In this document: one piece after another, positions 42,927 through 47,779 of the stretch
How the letters are laid out: each line of letters opens with the position of its first letter
Position numbering within the stretch: position 1 is the stretch's first letter
Origin: a virus
IMG/VR virus record: IMGVR_UViG_3300025316_000002
Span: 1 to 47,779 of that record
Length of the DNA: 47,779 nt
Reading direction: 5' to 3' (one strand)
Translations under genes and position numbers: made by a program
The notes under the pieces: model-generated
Database searches by the model: none
What the model was told of the DNA's origin: nothing
Seen by the model: the letters and a program-made list of their open reading frames with translations, nothing else

Positions 42927-43289
42927 ATGGCATTGCAAATGCAGATATTCTATTGTGGCCTCATTGTCCCAGAGGCGTACATCAAAGTTACGGCACTATC
43001 ACTGGTGCCAAGTCGCCAGGAATGTGGGCTAGAGATCACTACGTATGCGAATCGTCAGGCGCGCATCGACGGATTAAGCCCGCTAACGGCGCCTGAACGC
43101 GCTTTATGCGCGAATCGGTACGAGGAGATCACCGGAGATGATGGGCAGGTAACGACGACGTGTACCTGTAATGATTTTGAAACCTTCTTTTGCGACACCG
43201 TGCTGAAGTCGGAAGGAGTGTCAGGTATCAGTCAGGCGTATGAATGGTTGAAAACGTTGCCGGTATTCTCCGGCGCGGTGAACGTATAA
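42927..43289 (+). CDS. Hypothetical protein (120 aa)
   Basis: GGGAG RBS. Late operon. Confidence 0.5.
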   Translation: MALQMQIFYCGLIVPEAYIKVTALSLVPSRQECGLEITTYANRQARIDGLSPLTAPERALCANRYEEITGDDGQVTTTCTCNDFETFFCDTVLKSEGVSGISQAYEWLKTLPVFSGAVNV

Positions 43290-43290
43290 T

Positions 43291-43638
43291 ATGGCGCGTA
43301 ATATACCAATACAGCCGACAGGCAGACAGGACGGCTCCATGCCGGATGATCTAACACAGATACTGATCGACCGCGTAAAAAGTGTTGAGGTAAAAGTGGA
43401 CTCCCTCGCGGAAAATGTCACAAAGGCGCTAACCCGCCTTGATCATCCAGACCCGTCCGCGTGTACCCAACAGATGCAAATACGAGATTTACAGGATTGC
43501 AACCTGCGCTTATTCGCGCGCACGGAAAAACTCGAACAGTGGCGGGCGTGGATGCTGGGGGGCATGGCGATTCTGGCGACGCTCTGGGTAGCACTTTTGA
43601 CGGCAATAAGCTCGCTATTAAAACTCTGGAAACCTTGA
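43291..43638 (+). CDS. Membrane-anchored coiled-coil protein; holin or spanin candidate
   Basis: Single C-terminal TM (WMLGGMAILATLWVALLTAISSLL). Directly upstream of the endolysin gene. Confidence 0.35.
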   Translation: MARNIPIQPTGRQDGSMPDDLTQILIDRVKSVEVKVDSLAENVTKALTRLDHPDPSACTQQMQIRDLQDCNLRLFARTEKLEQWRAWMLGGMAILATLWVALLTAISSLLKLWKP

Positions 43639-43651
43639 GGAGGGTTGAGAG

Positions 43652-44209
43652 ATGTTATATACTGCCCTAATTGGCATCCCGTCGCATGACTCGATCAATA
43701 CGGGACTCTCGCCGATGAACACTGACAAGCTCCGGCATCAATTCGGTGATCCCTGCGCGCACATGACCGCGGACTGCCAGCCGGTGACGAGTCCGCACCT
43801 TGCTACGCGGATGATGACACAGCGCATCACCCCCACTTTCCGGGCTACCGGGATGGACTACGCCATCTCTGACTTGTTGACGATTTTGCAACAAGTGGAA
43901 ATCAAAGACCCGGCGCTATATGCGCTGGTCGGAAGCGCCGGCATGTTATGCGCGCGCTTCGTGCGGGGCAGTAACTCGGTGATAAGCAATCATTCCTACG
44001 GCCTAGCCATTGATCTCACAATAGGCGGCATCCTCACCCCGCGCGGGTCATCGACTATCACGTATGGCCTGTTGGCCCTGTACCCGTATTTTCATGCGGC
44101 GGGCTGGTATTGGGGCGCGGAGTTTCCCACCCCCGACGCCATGCATTTTGAGCAGTCCTGGGAACGCTACCAGCAGCACGAAACGCAACGGATTTCCGGG
44201 GGTGGATGA
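43652..44209 (+). CDS. Endolysin, peptidase M15 family (VanY / L-Ala-D-Glu peptidase-like)
   Basis: Zn-binding motifs SNHSYGLAIDL and GWYWGAEFPTPDAMHFE. Confidence 0.8.
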   Translation: MLYTALIGIPSHDSINTGLSPMNTDKLRHQFGDPCAHMTADCQPVTSPHLATRMMTQRITPTFRATGMDYAISDLLTILQQVEIKDPALYALVGSAGMLCARFVRGSNSVISNHSYGLAIDLTIGGILTPRGSSTITYGLLALYPYFHAAGWYWGAEFPTPDAMHFEQSWERYQQHETQRISGGG

Positions 44210-44397
44210 TGCTGAAAAAAAATTGTACGCATTTTTTCCGGCCCGTGTTTGTCAGCAACTATAGCGCGACGGTCGAATGCGTCTCCTGCCGATGCCGAGA
44301 TTTTATGCCGTTGCGCGTCTGGCTGGAGATTATGCAGGTACAAACTGCGCGCGAGGAGGAAGCTACTCGCCGGGAAAACCATATCCCCCACGGGTAG
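44206..44397 (+). CDS. Doubtful small Cys-rich ORF (63 aa)
   Basis: ATGA overlap with the endolysin stop, but the composition is odd and it has no TM segment. Confidence 0.25.
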   Translation: MMLKKNCTHFFRPVFVSNYSATVECVSCRCRDFMPLRVWLEIMQVQTAREEEATRRENHIPHG

Positions 44398-44426
44398 CCG
44401 CAGGGGACGTGACGCCGGGTATTTGA

Positions 44427-44633
44427 TTAACCTTTAGGGGTAATCTTTTCGACCTCATCAGAACAACAAACGAACGCCGAATGATACCCGTCAACGTCCA
44501 GCATCACAGTGTCGTCACTGTTAACCGCTATGACGTTGCCCTCTGGGTGCTTGTAGCGATAGCCGAATACGGTACTATACGGGAGGTGACCCGGCTTAAA
44601 CCGTACCCGGTCGCCTATTTGCAGGGTGCTCAT
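44427..44633 (-). CDS. Hypothetical protein (68 aa)
   Basis: Last gene of leftward operon 3. ATGA overlap with the upstream gene. Confidence 0.55.
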   Translation of the reverse strand: MSTLQIGDRVRFKPGHLPYSTVFGYRYKHPEGNVIAVNSDDTVMLDVDGYHSAFVCCSDEVEKITPKG

Positions 44634-45022
44634 GGTTGCTCCTCCTGATTCTCCTTCATCGCCATAATTTCTTTTGCGATAACTCTAGCGCAATGCCGGC
44701 CCATAGATGCGGAGATAACGTCAGAAAAATTCTTCTGGTTGTTCAAATGAATTTCGGCCCACTGTTCTATAGTCGGCTCGATAAATACGTCCGTCGGATA
44801 GCGTGTACCGAAATCCTGCGCAATACTTATAGCCTGATCTATGCCGTTAATTCGGCCCGCTTCACGCGCGCGGGATTCTATTGCCTCTATCAGATTTTCG
44901 ATCAGCAACCGCAACTCGCTGAAACCGCTATCGCAGAATGCTCTAGCTTCATAGAGCATTTTATCCGCGATCTGTTCAATCGTCGCGTCCGGCGACAACC
45001 CGCAATCTTCGAAGATGCTCAT
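44630..45022 (-). CDS. Hypothetical protein (130 aa)
   Basis: ATG at 45020-45022 with GAAAGGGGAA upstream. Helical and acidic. Confidence 0.55.
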   Translation of the reverse strand: MSIFEDCGLSPDATIEQIADKMLYEARAFCDSGFSELRLLIENLIEAIESRAREAGRINGIDQAISIAQDFGTRYPTDVFIEPTIEQWAEIHLNNQKNFSDVISASMGRHCARVIAKEIMAMKENQEEQP

Positions 45023-45198
45023 TCCGATTCCCCTTTCTCGATCAGCGGCGGGCGCTTCCCCGTCGCCGCTTCCATAATGACCCGGCCCGCGCTCATCGAG
45101 TAGCGGCCCGTGCCCTTGTCCCCGGATTCCTGGCGGGCTATGGCGGTGGCTTCTGCCCACACCCCGGCAGGTATCGCGATAATGTGACGATTGTTCAT
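45019..45198 (-). CDS. Small hypothetical protein (59 aa), possible RHH-like DNA binder
   Basis: GGGAGG lies 8 nt upstream of the ATG at 45196-45198. The N-terminal HIIAIPAGVWAEATAIA could be a beta-strand plus helix. Confidence 0.4.
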   Translation of the reverse strand: MNNRHIIAIPAGVWAEATAIARQESGDKGTGRYSMSAGRVIMEAATGKRPPLIEKGESE

Positions 45199-45548
45199 TC
45201 TGTGTCCTCCCAAATCTCCCCGGCATCGGGGTATAGCGCATCGAAGGCGACTAACGACGCCGGCGAAAAGTACCGATGGTAAATTTCTTCCGCCGTTAAT
45301 CGCTGTCCGCGTTGTCCTGCGTGGTTGAGTGCGAGCACATCATCGAGTGATTTGTCGATGCGTGACGACGTTCCTTTCTGCTCCACGCGCTCAAGGCGTT
45401 GCGGTAGGCAATCTAATCCCGCTTGCCCATATTCCTCCCCGATGTGTTCGGTAAGCTCGTCTAGCTTCATCCCGTATGTTATAGGAGAGTCAACGACCGT
45501 TGACCATTCCCAGTAGCGGTCACTGATTTTGATTAGGAATTGTGGCAT
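45195..45548 (-). CDS. Hypothetical protein (117 aa)
   Basis: ATG at 45546-45548 with GGGGAGGG upstream. Confidence 0.55.
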   Translation of the reverse strand: MPQFLIKISDRYWEWSTVVDSPITYGMKLDELTEHIGEEYGQAGLDCLPQRLERVEQKGTSSRIDKSLDDVLALNHAGQRGQRLTAEEIYHRYFSPASLVAFDALYPDAGEIWEDTE

Positions 45549-45552
45549 CGTG

Positions 45553-45765
45553 TTACCCTCCCCGCATCGCATCATCGAACGATTCGCGCATCCACTTGCC
45601 CACCGTGGCGGCAGGCGTGGTGCTAATCTCGTTCTCGGCAGTGGTGTCGTCGGTTTCGGTGTAGATGATGTCCAGCGCCTCTTCCGCTAGTCCGAGGGGC
45701 AGCCCGCTTTCTCGGACAATGTTTGCCCAATGTTCGCCCTTAATAAGCGTGTGCAGTGTTGCCAT
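45553..45765 (-). CDS. Hypothetical acidic protein (70 aa)
   Basis: Clean ORF in operon 3. Confidence 0.5.
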   Translation of the reverse strand: MATLHTLIKGEHWANIVRESGLPLGLAEEALDIIYTETDDTTAENEISTTPAATVGKWMRESFDDAMRGG

Positions 45766-45812
45766 TTTATCCTTTCTGCCTGCGTACCCGGCAGGCGCGG
45801 GGTAGAGCGTAG

Positions 45813-45992
45813 TTAATATCGACGCACTTCAGCTTTTTTCAGGCACGCAAGTTTTATGATCTCGCTTGCCTGTTTTTTTGACCGGAACAATTTTATTCGG
45901 CGCGGTGAGTCAACCCCGAGAATAATCATGCTCTCTTTGCCCCAGACGGCATACTTGCTCGTTTTCTCTATTTCCCACTGAATGTAATACAT
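45813..45992 (-). CDS. Small basic hypothetical protein (59 aa); not in the ORF track
   Basis: Hand translation begins MYYIQWEIEKTSKYAVWGKESMIILGVDSPRRIKLFRSKKQASEIIKLACLKKAEVRRY. GGGAG lies 8 nt upstream. First gene behind P_L3. Confidence 0.5.
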   Translation of the reverse strand: MYYIQWEIEKTSKYAVWGKESMIILGVDSPRRIKLFRSKKQASEIIKLACLKKAEVRRY

Positions 45993-46020
45993 GGTTCATT
46001 CTCCCTTCCCTTAATCTGAT

Positions 46021-46052
46021 ACTAGTATATCAGTATACTAGTGTAGTGTCAA
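46021..46052 (-). promoter_or_regulatory. Sigma70 promoter P_L3 with an overlapping 22-bp palindromic operator
   Basis: Minus strand reads TTGACA (46047-46052), 17 nt, TATACT (46024-46029). The palindrome ACTAGTATA-tcag-TATACTAGT (46021-46042) covers the -10 and the spacer. Confidence 0.65.
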
Positions 46053-46149
46053 TAGGTTTTAGCCCATCCTGCAACTATTTTCGCAATTATTTTTCCGGGA
46101 TCATCCGGCAAACCGCGCCCGACGGCATCGGGCAGAAAAGAGGAAAACC

Positions 46150-46479
46150 ATGCAACCCGTGAAACCAGGGTACGCCTCAACAGAATTTTATATCACGCTC
46201 ATTGTGCAGACGATCAGCGCGATACTCGCACTCGGGATCATCCCCCACAGTAACGAGATGCTGCAGGTAATCGGCGCTATCGTCGCCCTACTCTCCTCGT
46301 TCGGCTATGGCCTGCAACGTGCGCAGGTTAAGGCCCCGGCCCCCGTGCAGTACCTCATCGCCGCGTCTACCGTCCAGGCGACGCCGCAAACCACGGCAAC
46401 GCCGGTAGATAATATCGTGTTGCCGGTATCGACAAATACAAACGCCGTCCTTGGCGACACGCCAGGGGGAGGAGCCTAA
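46150..46479 (+). CDS. Membrane protein with 2 TM helices (holin-like or superinfection-exclusion candidate)
   Basis: AGAGGAAAA RBS. Two hydrophobic helices (FYITLIVQTISAILALGII, VIGAIVALLSSFGYGL) and a Thr/Pro/Ala-rich tail. Confidence 0.5.
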   Translation: MQPVKPGYASTEFYITLIVQTISAILALGIIPHSNEMLQVIGAIVALLSSFGYGLQRAQVKAPAPVQYLIAASTVQATPQTTATPVDNIVLPVSTNTNAVLGDTPGGGA

Positions 46480-46890
46480 ATGAGTAAGGACATTACCGAA
46501 GCCGCGAAGGCAGCCCACACCGAGCCTGCGGATATTTCGCACATCAATTTGTTGGTGGTTCACACAAAACTTGGCCCGCTGCGGTTCGCCTCAACAATCA
46601 CCGAGGGGGACGCGGAAAGCGGGTTATTTGCCGCAACACCGCCAGCTTATCACCCCGTTATCAGCGACTGCCTACACCTGGCGGTGGACGTCGAGATCGG
46701 GGACAAAGTGGCGATTGCGCGCAACGGCGCACAGCTCCTCATTGATTTAGTGGCCCTGTCTCCGGAGATCATCGGCACCGTGCTTGCGCACCCGCAAACC
46801 CGCGCCGCGGTCATGTATGCGCAAACGTTGCCAATCGCACCGGACCCGGCGCCGGAACCCGTGGCCCCTGTCATCGGAGAAGGCAATTAA
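46480..46890 (+). CDS. Hypothetical protein (136 aa)
   Basis: The start abuts the upstream stop (TAAATG). Confidence 0.5.
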   Translation: MSKDITEAAKAAHTEPADISHINLLVVHTKLGPLRFASTITEGDAESGLFAATPPAYHPVISDCLHLAVDVEIGDKVAIARNGAQLLIDLVALSPEIIGTVLAHPQTRAAVMYAQTLPIAPDPAPEPVAPVIGEGN

Positions 46891-46891
46891 A

Positions 46892-46949
46892 CTTCCCCCG
46901 ACTCCTCTACGGGGAAGAACGCCCCTGTCGGGTACGTTCCGGCAGGGGC
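46892..46949. terminator. Two GC-rich hairpins between convergent genes (bidirectional terminator region)
   Basis: CTTCCCC (46892-46898) / GGGGAAG (46911-46917), which on the minus strand is followed by TTTAATT. GCCCCTGTCGG...CCGGCAGGGGC (46921-46949) forms an 11-bp stem including one G-U pair. Confidence 0.5.
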
Positions 46950-47042
46950 AGTAATCCCAGAGGCTATAATATGCAACCGTCTATGTGTGGACGGTGGGTA
47001 AATGCGCCGGCGCTCGTATGAGTGACCGGCGCATTCTGTTGT

Positions 47043-47435
47043 TTACAGGTGGACAATCTCCAGCCCCGGCACGAGTTCGGCGATGGCCTGCGCGACAAAG
47101 CGCCGGTGACATCGTTCCGGGTCAAGTTCCGCACACATGAGCACGTATACCATGCCTGTTATGATGCGGGAGGCGATAAGTAACATAGACTGGTGCGCCG
47201 CTTCGTGACTTTCCGGTTGCCAGCAATCAGTATTGCGCTCCGGGTTTCCTAGGTTTTTCTCGTGGTGGTACCTTTCCGCGAACTTCGCTTTTAGCGCGCT
47301 CCCGCAATACGCCGGGCGAAACTGGCTATTCGCCCTTTGCCGCACGTCGATAATACGGGCATCGTCCGGTATCCGGGCGAAGAAATATTCCGGCGGCTGG
47401 TTGCCATAGCCTATGGTGTAAAGTTTGCTCATCAT
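47043..47435 (-). CDS. DUF488-family protein
   Basis: LYTIGYGN...IIDVRQRANSQF...ERYHHEKNLGNP...LMCAELDPERCHRRFVAQAI follows the DUF488 pattern. Confidence 0.7.
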   Translation of the reverse strand: MMSKLYTIGYGNQPPEYFFARIPDDARIIDVRQRANSQFRPAYCGSALKAKFAERYHHEKNLGNPERNTDCWQPESHEAAHQSMLLIASRIITGMVYVLMCAELDPERCHRRFVAQAIAELVPGLEIVHL

Positions 47436-47779
47436 TCCCCCTCACTGTCGGGGTTATACACATCTAGCAAGTCGTATACCAGATGCCGTTCTGTTGTTGT
47501 GGTGATCATGCGTGGCAACGTATCCAGCACGGCTGCATCCCAGTCATTATCAGCGAGCGACGTGTCGCACTCGTCATATCCATAACCCGACGAGTCGCCG
47601 AACCCATCGCCGCCGAAGCCCGTGGTAAAGGCGCTGCCGCACGCAGGGCACGCAACAACCCACTGCTTGCCCATCACGTCCCACGCCACCCACGCGTGCT
47701 CCCAATCATGCTCTTCGCCGTACAAGTCAGCGGCTTGCTCGTCCCACATGGGCGCCAGCAGCGGGATAATGCGCCGGTC
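47432..47779 (-). CDS. C-terminal part of the junction-spanning hypothetical gene (see 1..217). The last 127 nt of the window duplicate 1..127.
   Basis: The ORF is open to the window edge and in frame with the ATG at 217 across the repeat. Contains CPACG and a Gly/Asp/Tyr-rich tract. Confidence 0.65.
   Translation of the reverse strand, partial: DRRIIPLLAPMWDEQAADLYGEEHDWEHAWVAWDVMGKQWVVACPACGSAFTTGFGGDGFGDSSGYGYDECDTSLADNDWDAAVLDTLPRMITTTTERHLVYDLLDVYNPDSEGE
47653..47779. repeat. Terminal direct repeat copy 2 (identical to 1..127)
   Basis: Exact identity checked by eye over all 127 bases. Confidence 0.95.

Noticed and set aside
1-47779. Search by eye for tRNAs, CRISPR arrays, rRNA, IS elements and integrases
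   Set aside because: I found no regularly spaced repeat-spacer arrays, no cloverleaf-like segments in the few intergenic regions, and no transposase or integrase motifs. A tRNAscan/Infernal run would be needed to exclude small RNAs formally.

Overview
The window is a complete tailed dsDNA phage genome. Bases 1-127 are identical to bases 47653-47779, an assembler-style terminal overlap, so the unique length is 47,652 bp and one gene wraps the junction. The tail module is siphovirus-like: tail tube, G/G-T chaperone with a -1 frameshift, and a 1210-aa tape measure, with no sheath gene.

Layout:
- Long leftward early operon, from a consensus sigma70 promoter at 13912-13940, through coordinate 1, to about 47043. 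It carries small HTH and hypothetical proteins, an Erf/Gam-like recombination module, SNF2 helicase, beta-class DNA methyltransferase, DUF1937, replisome organizer, DnaB, PAPS-reductase-like protein, RuvC, MazG and DUF488.
- Short rightward unit 14036-16454: a sigma/ArpU-like regulator, micro-ORFs and a ParB-methyltransferase-HNH fusion.
- Inverted three-gene leftward insert 16423-17607: an acidic early protein paralog, an RHH protein and a radical SAM protein.
- Rightward late operon of about 26.5 kb (17666-44209): TerS, TerL, portal, minor head, scaffold, cement protein, major capsid, neck, tail, fibres and M15 endolysin.
- Third leftward operon of small ORFs, 44427-45992.
- Two rightward ORFs, 46150-46890.

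I saw no integrase, CI-like repressor, tRNA or CRISPR array.

Most notable observations:
- Four glycan-related genes sit inside the virion structural operon: a CgeB-like glycosyltransferase, an ExoV-like pyruvyl transferase, a GT-A and a GT2. This suggests virion or cell-wall glycan modification, possibly with pyruvylation.
- A near-identical early promoter plus acidic 58-aa protein module is duplicated.
- A promoter, structured leader and terminator lie directly ahead of the replication genes.
- Iterons phased at 11 bp lie inside the replisome-organizer gene.
- A 274-bp intergenic tract is strongly C/G-skewed and repetitive.

All functional calls rest on motifs I recognise by eye and on gene order. 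None has been confirmed by a database search.
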